Shown here one piece after another: positions 43,066 to 55,475 of a stretch of 64,000 nt of DNA. The stretch comes from Eledone cirrhosa. Taxonomy: Eukaryota. Under the pieces are notes generated by a model. It did not search any database, had not been told where the DNA came from, and worked only from the letters and a program-made list of their open reading frames with translations. The translations under genes were made by a program, and so were the position numbers. The DNA lies in assembly GCA_964016885.1 (NCBI GenBank), contig OZ024741.1, positions 213,032,001-213,096,000 of the forward strand, read 5' to 3'. Every line of letters begins with the position of its first letter. Position 1 is the first letter of the stretch.

Positions 43066-46000
43066 CTACAGAACAATGTAGAGAGAAGGCCCATTTACAC
43101 GGGCCATTCTCGCTTCTTTCACCCACCTTTCATAAAACTGTCTGGGACCAAGCACTTCTCTCTCCATCCTGATTCTTCTTCCGAAGTGGTATCGGAAGAA
43201 GTAAACCAGGTGATGGCCGGAGAGAAAGTCACCCGACCTCAGACCTTTCAGGCGCGTCCACCACACAACCTCTTTCATCATGGCTATTACGCACAGAAAG
43301 ACCGCCTCTGCTTCATTTCTGAAGGGAGGAGGCGGCTTGATGTTCACCACAGACTCGGCGGTTAATCGAATCGGCGCCACACGCGACAGCAGTCGTTCGA
43401 CGTAGCCCCACAGATCGGCAACGCCCGGGCAGTGTACCAGTGCATGCGCAACGGTTTCCTCGTCGCGCACGCATCTGGGACAGATCTTTTTCGCGGGATC
43501 CCTGCCCGGGCGCCCGTGTCTGTAGAGCTTTTCTCGAACGGGCAGAGCCCCCCGGTAACACTGCCAGGCTAGGGACCTCTGGAAGTTGTCCATGGGTCCC
43601 GGGCCGAAAGTTCTACCGAACAGGCTGGCCAGTTCGTCCTCCTCCATGCCTAGCGACTCTCCAAGGGTGTCGTCGCCCCTGCTAGCCACCAACCCTCTAT
43701 AGAATGTCGAGGTGGATTCTCCACTGACAGTCGGGTCCGCTTGCCAGATAGCCGTGAGCGCCTGGGCACACTCGGTGTGCCAGTTGCCCAGTTTTCTCGG
43801 TCTTTGCTTCACCCAGGATTGCAGTTCGGTGAGCGAGACGAGCTGTGGGAAGGCTCGCCTCACAGACGGGGCCCATACCGGCTGACCGTTGAGGAATACC
43901 TGTAGATGCCGTAGCCTCAATGCGTGCCTACGCATCAACAGCCACGGCATACCCAGCCCTCCTTTCGAAGGGTGCTGGCAGCAGATGGATCTCCTCACCA
44001 TGGGAGGCCGCTTCTTCCAGAGGAACTGGAAGAGCATGCGTTCCATGATGGTGAGCTTTTCCTTGGGGCAAGGCACGACGGTCAGGCGGTAGTAGATGAC
44101 GGACGCTATGTAAGCGTTCGTCACCTCCGCCCGACCTTTCAGTGATAGTTTGCACTTGGCCCACTTCTGGGTCAGCGCAAACACCCTGCTCGTCACCTCG
44201 CCCCAATTCTTCTCCACCTGGAGGTCCGGTCCGAACCAGACCCCGAGCAGCTTCACCGGGCCCTCCGTCCACCGCCCGACGACACCGTCTAACGGCATCG
44301 GTTTGCCCCTCCACGTTCCGAGTTGCAAACCGACTGACTTGTCCTGGTTCAGCTTAGCCCCCGTCAGCCTTTCGTATTCCTCCAGTAGGGTGGCGATCGC
44401 CCCGATTTCCGAGGCGTCCGCCACCATTACTGTTACGTCGTCGGCATAGGCCGAGACCGCTTTGTGCAATCCCGGTTCCAGGGGTATGCCCCGCAGCAAC
44501 TCCAACTTCCGCAGCAGTGGCTCGAGAGTCAATACGTACAGAAGGGAGGAGAGGGGGCACCCCTGTCTGATGGATCGGGTGATTTGAAACGGCTCCGAGA
44601 GGTAGCCGTTTACTTTAATCCTAGAGTAGATGTTGCCACTGTGCATGGCAGAAATCCAGCCCCTGAAAACGGGTCCGAAGCCCGCCGCCGCTAGCACCGC
44701 ATCCAGGTAACCATGGTCGACCCTATCGAACGCCTTAGATTGATCCAAGTTGATCAGGGCCCCACCAAAGCCGGGTTCGTAGCCAACCCTCTCTATGATG
44801 TATCGCATGAGGTGGAGGTTGTCGTGAATGGACCTGGACGGGATAGCGCATGTCTGGTATGGACCGAAGTCCACATCCCCGTCCGGCCCCCCGCCACCTC
44901 CGAACAGTCGAGCAAAGTGCCTTTGAAAGGTCTCGCACATTCGCTCAGGTTCAAGGATCACCCGTCCATCCTGGTCTCGCAAAGACCGAATGGTGGATTT
45001 AATCCCACTCTTGGCTTCTGTCACGCGGGCCCAGCTAACAGCTTTGGTCCCCTCGTTTCCTAAAGCACGTATTTTACTTCGGACAACGCAGCCTTCGTGC
45101 TTCGCGTCAAAGAACTGGCTCAATGCCGTTCTCGTCGCTAACACTCTGGCTACGTCTCCGCTCCTAATCGCCTCTTCTAGTTTATCTGTTAACTCCCTTT
45201 CCCTCCTATTTCTATTCGCCGCTAGTTCCTTACTGTAACCTATCGAACTTACTCTAATCTCTCTCTTTAGAGATATCCACCACCTACTGTTGACGATCGC
45301 TCCCGTCAACCGCATCTTAACTAAGCTACTAATCCGGTTTCTGTAATCTTTCTTTGTCGGTAAGGACAAGTTCATCTTCCAGTAACCGGGACCCTGTCTA
45401 TGCGTTCTATCAAGGTTGACCACGCAGGTCACTAATTTGTGATCTGAATAGCCAACCATGATCAGTTCTGGACAACTAAATACGTCCCTATCCTTACTCT
45501 TAACCAAAAACCTATCTAGGTACGACCTAGATTGTCCACTGCGGTTTGCCCAGGTCCAGGTTGGCGCAGTTGGACAATCTAGTCGAAATCTATCGACCAG
45601 GTCGAATCGATCGAGTAACCCCTTGAGGCTGCTACACCCCCCTCTATCGGGACATGCCCCTGCATAGTCCCAACGCGCATCTAGGATTCCATTCCAGTCC
45701 CCCACTAAAAGCAGGGAACGCGACGTTCCTAGAAAAGTCTCCAGACGTTGGAAGAAGTCGGCTCTCTCCGCCCCGAAGGGAGCATAAAGACCGACCAGTC
45801 TGAAAGCCCCGCCTTCACCGCCTCCGACGTCCAGCACCAGTAATCGACCCCCCGGGTCCGAGTGAACAATCTGTACGTCGAGAGTCAGACGTTTATCCAG
45901 CAGTACGGCAACTCCCCCCCTCCCGCCTCCGGGTTGACAGAGAGATGCGTGCATCTCAAAGTCATCGAAGGCGGGCGCCAGCTGTCTCACGCTGCTGATC

Positions 46001-46122
46001 CGACTCTCGCAAACAACCATCACATCTATACTTTGTGACCTGAGGTCACTTAGAAGCTTTGCTTGCTTCCAAGCTGAGCCCAGGCCACGCGCGTTCAAAC
46101 AGCCAACTCTCAATTGATCTAT
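43066..46122 (-). CDS. Tx1 ORF2: APE endonuclease, RT with 128-codon in-frame deletion, C-terminal zinc motif
   Basis: 1015-aa open frame from TTG at 46113 with GCLNARG, GDWN, LDRF, SDH, DQSKAFD, RQGCPLS, YADD and CPRC..ETVAH..C. The start position aligned to copy 1's ATG reads ATA (46122-46120). Confidence 0.9.
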   Translation of the reverse strand: MDQLRVGCLNARGLGSAWKQAKLLSDLRSQSIDVMVVCESRISSVRQLAPAFDDFEMHASLCQPGGGRGGVAVLLDKRLTLDVQIVHSDPGGRLLVLDVGGGEGGAFRLVGLYAPFGAERADFFQRLETFLGTSRSLLLVGDWNGILDARWDYAGACPDRGGCSSLKGLLDRFDLVDRFRLDCPTAPTWTWANRSGQSRSYLDRFLVKSKDRDVFSCPELIMVGYSDHKLVTCVVNLDRTHRQGPGYWKMNLSLPTKKDYRNRISSLVKMRLTGAIVNSRWWISLKREIRVSSIGYSKELAANRNRRERELTDKLEEAIRSGDVARVLATRTALSQFFDAKHEGCVVRSKIRALGNEGTKAVSWARVTEAKSGIKSTIRSLRDQDGRVILEPERMCETFQRHFARLFGGGGGPDGDVDFGPYQTCAIPSRSIHDNLHLMRYIIERVGYEPGFGGALINLDQSKAFDRVDHGYLDAVLAAAGFGPVFRGWISAMHSGNIYSRIKVNGYLSEPFQITRSIRQGCPLSSLLYVLTLEPLLRKLELLRGIPLEPGLHKAVSAYADDVTVMVADASEIGAIATLLEEYERLTGAKLNQDKSVGLQLGTWRGKPMPLDGVVGRWTEGPVKLLGVWFGPDLQVEKNWGEVTSRVFALTQKWAKCKLSLKGRAEVTNAYIASVIYYRLTVVPCPKEKLTIMERMLFQFLWKKRPPMVRRSICCQHPSKGGLGMPWLLMRRHALRLRHLQVFLNGQPVWAPSVRRAFPQLVSLTELQSWVKQRPRKLGNWHTECAQALTAIWQADPTVSGESTSTFYRGLVASRGDDTLGESLGMEEDELASLFGRTFGPGPMDNFQRSLAWQCYRGALPVREKLYRHGRPGRDPAKKICPRCVRDEETVAHALVHCPGVADLWGYVERLLSRVAPIRLTAESVVNIKPPPPFRNEAEAVFLCVIAMMKEVVWWTRLKGLRSGDFLSGHHLVYFFRYHFGRRIRMEREVLGPRQFYERWVKEARMARVNGPSLYIVL

Positions 46123-47964
46123 TTTGGTGTTGAAAGTGAAGAAAGAAAAGCACTTACCTCTCCGGGTTGCGTAATTTCCATGGCATCAGGTGTGTTGGGT
46201 GGAGGGATGTTTTGTGGTGGTGTGGGGGTACACGTGTGTGGTGGGGTTGGGGTATTTGGAGTTGTGTCAGGGAGAGGGGCGGTTATGGGGAAATCTTTCA
46301 AGAGGACGCGATTCAACGGTTTTAAACAGGGGGGGGCTCACGTCCCGTCTAAATTGTTCTTTTAAGGAACGATAAAGGTCCAGAGGGACCTTTATCATTT
46401 TTAAATGGGTGAAGTTCTCTGTTGAGATAAAGTTTGGCCCTTCGGTCTGCACCATAGGGTTATTGTTTATTAATTTAACCAGTTTTTTGTTTTCTTTATT
46501 TATATATGTGTATTGCAACGTCTTTTTTTGTGATGCTGTCAATGTTTCGGAGAGGGGAGGCGCAGATTTATTTTTGTTTGTTGAGGGTGGGGTGTTTTTG
46601 ATTGGAGTTGGTGTTTGTGTGTGGGTTATTTGTGGTGTGCTGGGTGTGTGTTTTCTTTTTTTTCTTTTAACTTGTCTGAAGGCTTCTCCTCCTTCTTCTT
46701 CAGAAGTTTGGGGAAACTCTTCAGCGCTAGGTGGGAGGGACGTGTTGTGTGGTTGTTTTTTTTTTGCGGGAGGGGTAGATTTGTTACTGTTTTTTTTATT
46801 ATTTGTTTGGAATGGGTTTTGTGGTGGTGGTGGTGGTAATGTTTGTGTCGTGCTTGTGGTTGGTGATGGTGGTGGTGATGTTTGTGTTGTGGTTGGTGGT
46901 GGTGATTTTTGTGTCGTGCTTGTGTTTGGTGCTGGTGGTGGTGATGTTTGTGTTGTGTTTGTGGTTGGTGGTGTCTGTATTTTGTTTGCTGTGTGTGGTA
47001 TTAGTGTATTTTTGGAGGTGGGTGGTGCTGGTGTACTGTTTGTGGTGGGTGTGGGCAATAGTCCTTTTTGGGGGATACGTTTCGGGCAGTTAGCCTTAAC
47101 GTGTCCCCTTTCCATGCATAAATAGCATGCTGGTCTTCTCCCCTCTACAATTATGTCTATTGGGGTAAGGTCATCCAGCCAGATGCGATCCGGGATTTGT
47201 GCTATTCTTTCGGGCCTCATTTGGACTAGTATGTCGAGGCCCATTCCCAGGAACGCATCTCCAGTTGCCTTCCCCATTGACAGCATAGTGTCTTCGCCCA
47301 TATCAATGAAGCCAGCAATAGCCCACCAGAAGTCCATTGTGGGCAGCATTGTTTTTACTTTTACTCTCTGTGTTCTTCTACCCATGTAGGAGGGATAGAA
47401 GCTATATGTTGTCGACGAGAGTGGGCTTAGGGAAAGCTTCTCCGCCGTTTCTTTGTCTCTTGTTAGGACCGAAATGCTGCCATAGAGTCGGTCCTTTCGT
47501 ATGAAGAGAATATTCTTCATATAGTCTTTTAGGACTAACTCTATTTCCATTTGGCTGGGCTGTGCTGGCTTTCTTGTCTGGTTCAGTATAGTTCTGTATA
47601 TAACTGTGTTTTCTGCTCTGGCTTTCTTGAATTCTGGGGGGGAGTTAATGGAAAACATTCCGTTCTCCCCCAAAACAATATGTTTCTTTGCTTCGGCCAG
47701 TTTTTCTCTGGCGGCAGTTAGGTCAATTGGTGTGTATGTAATGGATTGCTTTGTTTTCTGGGCGAAAGTTGCCCTGTCGTTATTTGTATTATTTTCTGTT
47801 TGTTTGTTTTCTGTTTGCTCATTTTCCTTAACATTTGTTTTTTCATTTTGTTTGTTTGTTTCAATGTCTAATTTTGTTGTAATTATTTTTTGTTCTTCAG
47901 ACTTGGGGGGGCGTGGCAGAGCTAATGGCAGACATGTCTGCCATCTTTTCCGCCATGCTGCCAA
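46119..47964 (-). CDS. Tx1 ORF1: CCHC zinc-knuckle nucleic-acid-binding protein
   Basis: CYLCMERGHVKANC knuckle and Pro/Thr-rich linker, homologous to copy 1. Apparent +1 frameshift in the G8 run at 46329-46336; the true C-terminus continues in ORF 46119-46316. Confidence 0.88.
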
Positions 47965-48306
47965 GAAAGAAATTTTTCGGCAAAAATAGATATTTATTTT
48001 ACCCCCTAAAAAGGGGGTAAATGCAAAAATGTTTCCCTAAATAACAGGGGTTAGTGTTCCAAATGTGTTGCACTAAAAAATTTATCCGGTACTTACAATA
48101 GTAAGGGTAAATCCCGATGGAATAGCGGAGCCGATGCGAAGCGTGTCTTACTCTATCAAGATAGATAGATAGATAGATAGATAGGTAGATAGATAGATAG
48201 ATGGATGTGAGAAAGAGTCGGAAGGGAAAGAATGTGCTCTGTACTGAACTCTCACATTCTTCTTCTTCTTCTTCTTCTTCTTCTTCTTCAGAGTGTCATT
48301 GTGGCT

Positions 48307-48355
48307 GATTCCTGATGATTTCTAATGAATGAAACAGTTCTAGTCCTGTAGAATC
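48307..48355 (+). ncRNA. Type I hammerhead ribozyme motif
   Basis: GATTC-CTGATGA-T-TTC(TAAT)GAA-T-GAAA-CAG(TTCTAGTC)CTG-TA-GAATC: all three stems and a canonical core, with a GUA cleavage triplet. Confidence 0.75.
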
Positions 48356-48358
48356 TCA

Positions 48359-48517
<159 letters not shown>

Positions 48518-48606
48518 ATGTATATATGATACGTTAAAATTTAATACTTTGTGGCAATCAGCTATATAGAAAGTATATCCTGTCCGCCGTTTCAAATGTT
48601 ATCGCC

Positions 48607-48780
48607 TTCTTCTTCTTCTTCTTCTTCTTCTTCTTCTTCTTCTTCTTCTTCCTGAGAGGGTCGAGGGGGCGGAGTCCTCAAACACTTCTGACATGACCCG
48701 CCGTCTCCTACTGGTACGGTTGGGACCCCAAGCGCACGACCAGCTAAGCTTATGCATCTCCTGCCGGTTGGTTATCGAGT
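48607..48780 (-). mobile_element. Degenerate RTE-type 3' end with (GAA)n tail
   Basis: Patchy similarity to 49861-50040 and the same tail repeat. Confidence 0.5.
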
Positions 48781-48817
48781 TTATTTTTCAAATATTCAAA
48801 TATGAATTAAATTCAAT

Positions 48818-49150
48818 AATTGTTTCTACTTTAGGCACAAGGCCAGCAAATACCCAGTGCATTACTGGTACTTTATTTTATCGACCCCGTAAGGATGAAA
48901 GGCAAAGTCAACCTCGGCGGGATTTGAACTCAGATCGTAAAGGGGCGTAACTATGCTGGAAAGCATGGCGTCCAATCCTCTACCGATACTGCCAATCCAC
49001 CGCCCTAAAATATAATTGTTTCTACTTTAGGCACAAGGCCAGCAATTACCCAGTGCATTACTGGTACTTTATTTTATCAACCCCGTAAGGATGAAAGACA
49101 AAGTCAACCTCGGCGGGATTTGAACTCAGATCGTAAAGGGACGTAACTAA
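48818..49150 (-). mobile_element. Two tandem SINE S1 copies
   Basis: ~48818-49005 full length and ~49013-49150 truncated. Confidence 0.92.
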
Positions 49151-49456
49151 AATACAATAATGCACCAGTTGAAACATTCGGTCAACAGAGTAGATGTAGG
49201 TGGAAAAGCCAAACTCATCTAAATTTCTTCTTCTTCTTAACTTATCCCTCCATCGAACATGAAGCATTTATTCTTTTTTTTAGTGGCTAGAATATATGCG
49301 GCTCACCACACCTGCATACTCATAATGTTTCTGATAAGTGGAGCAGTTGTGCCAACCCATCGTTGATTTCATAGTCAACCATCTGCGAAAGCATTGTTGT
49401 TCACGACGCCAAGGTCATCTAAATAAACTGATGGTTGCTGCATGATGGCCTATAAC

Positions 49457-49725
49457 AATCGAAATCCCCAATAGGAGGGAGGCGTTACAAATGGGTTGTT
49501 TTATTCCCCGTAGATAGAACAACTCTCAACTCCAGGAGCATGTTGTGCAAGTGCTCCCTTCTTCCTTTCGCTCTCTTCTTCAACCTACAGGTTTATTTAC
49601 AGAGAAGTCCCAATCACTCGGGCCATTTTCGCCACATTCACCCACCTTTCAGTAAATTTACTGGGGTGCAGTGCCTCTCTCTCCACACTGATTCTCCTTC
49701 TAAAATCGTACCTAAAGAAGGGAAT
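49457..49725 (-). mobile_element. Tx1 copy 3: short 3' fragment abutting (GATA)n
   Basis: Minus strand translates to FFRYDFRRRISVEREALHPSKFTERWVNVAKMARV, matching the ORF2 C-termini of copies 1 and 2, followed by 3'UTR homology (CTCCTGGAG..CCTATTGGGGA). Confidence 0.9.
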
Positions 49726-49816
49726 AGATAGATAGATAGATAGGTAGATAGATAGATAGATGGATGTGAGAAAGAGTCGGAAGGGAAAGAATGTGCTCTG
49801 TACTGAACTCTCACAT

Positions 49817-50097
49817 TCTTCTTCTTCTTCTTCTTCTTCTTCTTCTTCTTCTTCTTCTTCAGAGTGTCATTGTGGCTGAGTATTCAAACACTCCCTCCAG
49901 CGGGTCTTGTCAGAAGCAACCGTCTCCAACTGACCAGCCAACCTCATGGATGTTATCCAGCCATCTTGCTCGGGGTCTACCGTAGATCGGCAGGAGTCTC
50001 GGGCGTAGACCGTCTACGCCTGGGTCTCCTGCCCGTTGGTTTTACCCATAAGAGCAGTCCAGTGATTCTTTCTTGAGACATTCTGACGACATGCCAC
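49817..50097 (-). mobile_element. RTE-type LINE 3' fragment with (GAA)n tail
   Basis: HVVRMSQERI..KPTGRRP..GRPRARWLDNI..ASDKTRWR, a typical RTE C-terminus. Confidence 0.8.
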
Positions 50098-50403
50098 TTG
50101 AAAATATGAACAGCAAATTTGAACTTGGAAAGATTTCAACTAAGTGTTGAAACGCAAGAGTCGAAACACCTACCCGAAATCAAACTAGTCGACATTCTAA
50201 CAAGGCTGCTAATTGGCCAAGGAAGGATATTTTCCCCCTTTAATACGATATAAAATATATCATTGAAGAAATAATTCCGAGGTATGTAGTAATCAAAGTA
50301 TATGACCCTGGAAGGGGATGGACCTAGCTAGAAGTTTCTATCAACTCATGACAGAAAATCAATTCTGTTACGTTATGGTATTTTTAGTAGTGTCTATATG
50401 TGA

Positions 50404-50448
<45 letters not shown>

Positions 50449-50453
50449 CATAT

Positions 50454-50558
<105 letters not shown>

Positions 50559-50600
50559 TATGTGTGTGTGTGTGTGTGTGTTTGTATAAGAATGTATATG

Positions 50601-50652
<52 letters not shown>

Positions 50653-50827
50653 TATGTATATGTATGTGTATATATACTCATGTATGTATGTATATATGTA
50701 TATGTATGTATATATATGGATGTATATATATATATATATATATATATACGAGTGTGTGTGTGTGTGTATGATTACATATATATGTGTATATGTATATAAA
50801 TGTTTAAATATGTATATGTATAACAAT

Positions 50828-50896
<69 letters not shown>

Positions 50897-51687
50897 TATG
50901 TATCTATGCATGTGTGTGTGTATGCACTATCACTTATTGTCCGGTAATTGGGTAGTAAGCTATTACATGCAATTATCAAGTCTGATTTACGATCACTTCT
51001 AAGTAATCTTTTATTTGTAATTATGAATACCTGTCTGCCCTCAGACTGTAAATATAGCGCCAGATTAACCTCCCCTGAATAATGACACACGGCTTTACTG
51101 TCAGTTTTCTTGTCTATCTCTCCGTTTCCGTCCAAAGATATATCAATTGGTTTTTCTGACAACGAACAATAATTGCGACCTGTCTTACTGAAAAAAATGA
51201 TGACAATTTGCTAACAATCTAAAACTATTCCTCCATATATATAATCTCTTTGTATATGTATGTATGAGTGGTGGAGGAGTTTGACAGTTCGTATGTAACC
51301 AAAATCTTGTTGACGCCCAGCAGATAGCTGAAGAGTGATATGTTTCCGTTTGGACGTTTAGGGGTTTTGCTCCGATTTTCCAATATCTGTTCTTCTGCAT
51401 CTTGTGCAGGAAGATGTAAACAACAAAATAGGAATTAACAAAAATATTATAGATATCTGGAACTAACGTTTACATCAATCTACAGCAAACATTTGCTTCA
51501 TTGTATAACGAACTTGAACGTTATTCTATTATTCTATTACGAACTACGCAATAGGGAAATGATCTATAGACTACGGAAAATATAAAAGAAAATGTTCATT
51601 TTTGGATGGTCTTTTATCAGCCAAATAACGATCTACAGACTGCTTAAAAAGACCAGAATATGTTGGCTTTTGTGTCTGTGTGTATGC

Positions 51688-51755
<68 letters not shown>

Positions 51756-52562
51756 TTATATATATATAGATAGATAGATATGTATATATATATATATATA
51801 TATATACATATGAGTGTGTGTGTGAATACGTATATATATATATTTATATTCATATACATATATACATAAAGACACAGTTCTGCATACATATGAGCGCGAT
51901 AGATATCGAGAAGGGGAAATAGAAACAAAGCGAACGAGAGAACGATAGACTGATAAAAATGTAGGCAGATTATCAGCCTATAAAACTCATTGATATCTGT
52001 CTGTCGTCAATATTATTGATATGGATCTGTTCACAATAGTTCTATGTTGTTCTATTATGGCCTGTGGCGGGGGAGCTGAGATGTAGCGAGGAGAAGAAGT
52101 AGTTATATTCGTGCTCGGCTATCGAACACTGAGATACATTGTTACTGATGTATTCGATTGTGATCTCTAACTAATACACATCTGTTATAATAAAGATTTC
52201 GGTCGATAAATATAGGAATATATTGATCTAAATACGCCCATACACATGCACATATGTGTGTGTGTATGTATGTAATTTCACAAATGTTTGCCAATAGAGA
52301 GAGGGTCGTTTTCTAACATACTTACAAGACTCTCTCATTGGAATTTACACATCAACTAGGTAGATATGTATGTATGTCTGCATGCATGCATGTGTAGATA
52401 TGGATGTTATTGTATGTGTGGATGTTGATGTTTTGAGTTATATGTGTGCATGTGTATATGCTTTGAATCCTGTACATGTGTATATGCAGTTATTAGAAGC
52501 AACATTTTTGGAATATTTTATATATTTTTACTGTTCCATTAATGGATTGTACTTGTAATTTC

Positions 52563-53120
52563 CTAACTAGTTGTGTTCTTTGTGAAGCCTAGCTTCTCAA
52601 GATTTGTATTGCGATAGTTACTAACATACCCCAGTGCTCCAATAATCACAGGCATAAATCTGAAGGTGTAATCAGGGTGGAGTATCTGCAGATTTCTCAT
52701 CAGTTCTGCATAAATATTCTCCTTTTCGCTAATCTTTGATATTATATTGGCATCTGCTAGGCAGCTAACTTCCACTACTGTGCATGCCTTCTTTTCCCTG
52801 TCCCATATCATCATGCCTGGTCTGTTATGCCTGCATTTTATTGGGGTTTTTACTGGAACATTCCACCAGTACTCTTTCATATTATGTATATGGATGTCTT
52901 CCACATTGCTGTAGCTTTTAATGTGTTTATTATTGGGGTTATTTTTTCTACGGATTGCATTGTACAGTGTTTTGGCCACTACATCATGCCTCATAGGTAG
53001 ATACTACTGCGATGACATCTTTGGACAGCTGCTTATGACATGGGTGACATCTTCGATGTTAATTCTGCAGAGTCTGCACTTGTTATCACATCTAGGTGTT
53101 TTGCCTGCATCCCTATCTCT
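52563..53120 (-). mobile_element. R4/Dong-type LINE fragment (CCHC + restriction-like endonuclease)
   Basis: CRLCRINIEDVTHVISSC, RHDVVAK, HNRP(G for D), VVEVSC, EKENIY and PVIIGALG motifs. Confidence 0.88.
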
Positions 53121-53144
53121 GTATGCATGTATGTATGTATATAT

Positions 53145-54976
53145 GTCGGGTCACTCATGAGCGCTACTGGTAACATGTAACCCAGTAAAACCTGTCGCAT
53201 GGTCGGGTCGTCGGCGACTAAACCGGCAACACCGCCAAGTTTACTTGGTGAGGAGGGTGTCTTGGACACCTTGCAGGACAAAAGAAAACATGACAAAGGG
53301 CGGAAGAACTCATAAGAGTCAACGGCCATCCAAAATGTGTAAATATGTATATACACATGTTCATATGTATGTATATGTATATGTGTATATGCATATGTGC
53401 ATGCGCGGGGAAACAGAAATAGTCGGGCTTGACACCCGATGGCACGGTTAAACCACTGGAAGTCAAGGACCCCTAAACTTTGTCAGGGCATTCTTATAGG
53501 AGAAGGCAACTCAGGAAACTGGGATAACTCCGATATAAAACCTGCAGCTCAGTAGTTGCCGATGATTTTGATCTTTTCTTCTTTTCGGGTTCTAGCTCCT
53601 GTCGCTCAGAGAGTGGGATTGGCTCAGTGCACAGTCTTTCCTCACTTTAAAAAATATTTTCACGCACAGGCATTTCACGATAGAATTAATTAATAATTAT
53701 TAATAATGGTCATACACGATAACGTGGGGGCAGCCATTATGTATGTATGTATGTATGTATGTCAGGTCACCACTTGGTGCTACTGGTAGCATGTATCCCA
53801 GTACAACCTGTCTCATGGTCGGGTCGTTGGCGACTAAACTGGCAACCCCACCAAGGTTTCTTGGTCAGGAGGGTGACTTTGGACATCCTGCAAGACTAAA
53901 AACAAAACCTGTCAAAGGGCAAAGGAGCTCTTAAGAGTCAATGGCCATCCAAAATCACTGGGAGAGATGACCCCTTAGCCTTTGTCAAGGCAGAATTCTA
54001 GGAGAAGGAAAACTCTGATATAACACCTGCAACCCTGATGGTATCCAATGATGTTGACTTGTTCTTCTTTTTGGTAAATATCATCTTGGTTAAGAGAGTG
54101 GGACTGGCTTTGTGCAGTGCCTTTGCTCACCATAAAAGCTTCACGGCACAGGCATTGCTTTATATCTGGAGATCTCTCTGCACTTGTCGTCACATGGTAC
54201 CAAAGGCAAAGCACTATGTGTCAATAATTGTCACAAGTGTAGTGTTTGTACCAGAGTTTTCAAGTCGCTGGCTGGACTAAAAAGTCACACTCGTTCAGCG
54301 CATCGGTAGGGCTTCTCCTACATGGATATAAAGTAGTGGCCGTACTCGAAAACGAGTTGGCAGCCACTATATGTATGTATGTTAGGTCACCAGTTGGTGC
54401 TACTGGTAACATGTATCCCAGTACAACCTGTCTCATGGTCGAATCGTTGGCGACTAAACTGGCAACCCCACCAAGGTTTCTTTGTGAGGAGGGTGACTTT
54501 GGATATCCTGCGGGATTAAAAACAAAACCTGTCACAGGGCAAAGGAGCTCTTAAGAGTCAATGACCATCCAAAATCACCGGGAGAGATGACCCCTAAGCC
54601 TTTGTCAAGGCAGAATGCTAGGAGAACGAAAACTCTGATATAACACCTTCAACTCTGATGGTATCCAATGATGTTGACTTGTTCTTCTTTTTGGTAAATA
54701 TCATCTTCGTTAAGAGAGTGGGACTGGCTTTATGCAGTGCCTTTGCTCACTATAAAAGCTTCACGGCACAGGCATTGCTTTATATCTGGAGATCTCTATG
54801 CACTTGTCGTCACATGGTACCATGGGCCCAGCACTGTGTCAATAATTGTCACAAGTGTAGTGTTTGTACCATAGTTTTCAAGGACTAAAAAGTCACACTC
54901 GTTCAGCGCATCGGTAGGGGTTCTCCTACATGGATATAAAGTAGTGGCCGTACTCGAAAACGAGTTGGCAGCCATC

Positions 54977-54977
<1 letters not shown>
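53145..54977 (+). mobile_element. Array of ~600-bp non-coding retro-like elements separated by (TATG)n
   Basis: 53760-54366 and 54381-54975 are close tandem copies; 53145-53335 plus 53405-53737 is a diverged copy. All end GGCAGCCA then TATG repeats, and contain GGAGAA.G.AA.CTC..ATA.AA.ACCT. Confidence 0.75.
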
Positions 54978-55043
<66 letters not shown>

Positions 55044-55241
55044 TATAAATATTTTCAACAGGACTAGAACTGTTCGATTCGGGAGAAATCATCAAGAAAC
55101 CCTGGATTGAATCCGGAATAAACATATATATATATATAAGCATGTATGTATGTATATATGTGTGTGTGTTTGTTTCTGAGTGCATGTATGTATATGTATG
55201 TATGTATGCATATCATTTTGTATGCATATAGATAATGTATT

Positions 55242-55437
55242 TAGGAAAAGAGTCAAGTCTCCGACGGCTGAGCTCCAGCCTTTCCGACAGCTAGATCCTA
55301 ACGCTGACGAAACGGCCGGAGCGGAGCTCAGCCGTCGGGGTTTTCACTCTTTTCCTATTACCCACTCTACTACCCTAAGTATTGAGTACCCTGGTGCATT
55401 ATGGTCCACCTGGTATCTTACCACACCCTCTTTGTTA
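55242..55437 (+). mobile_element. Family A foldback mini-element
   Basis: Same tail as the 8198 and 18942 copies in the opposite orientation, with degenerate inverted arms. Confidence 0.85.
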
Positions 55438-55475
55438 TAATATATTTATATAGATATACATATATAATGTATATA

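Larger units (their letters stand above)
42834..48158 (-). mobile_element. Tx1-clade LINE copy 2, full-length ends, internal RT deletion
   Basis: 5'UTR, ORF1, ORF2 and a 3'UTR homologous to copy 1 (TGTCCCCTTCTTTTGTGCCC..GTGGC.AATAAA); (TAGA)n on both sides. Confidence 0.96.

Noticed and set aside
43313-47989. Antisense and alternate-frame ORFs over Tx1
   Set aside because: Shadow ORFs from GC-rich or skewed LINE coding sequence.
53770-53880. HDV-like or twister ribozyme at the 5' end of the 600-bp unit
   Set aside because: Some helices fit (CCAGT/ACTGG, TCG/CGA then CTAA) but I could not build a complete fold consistent across copies.
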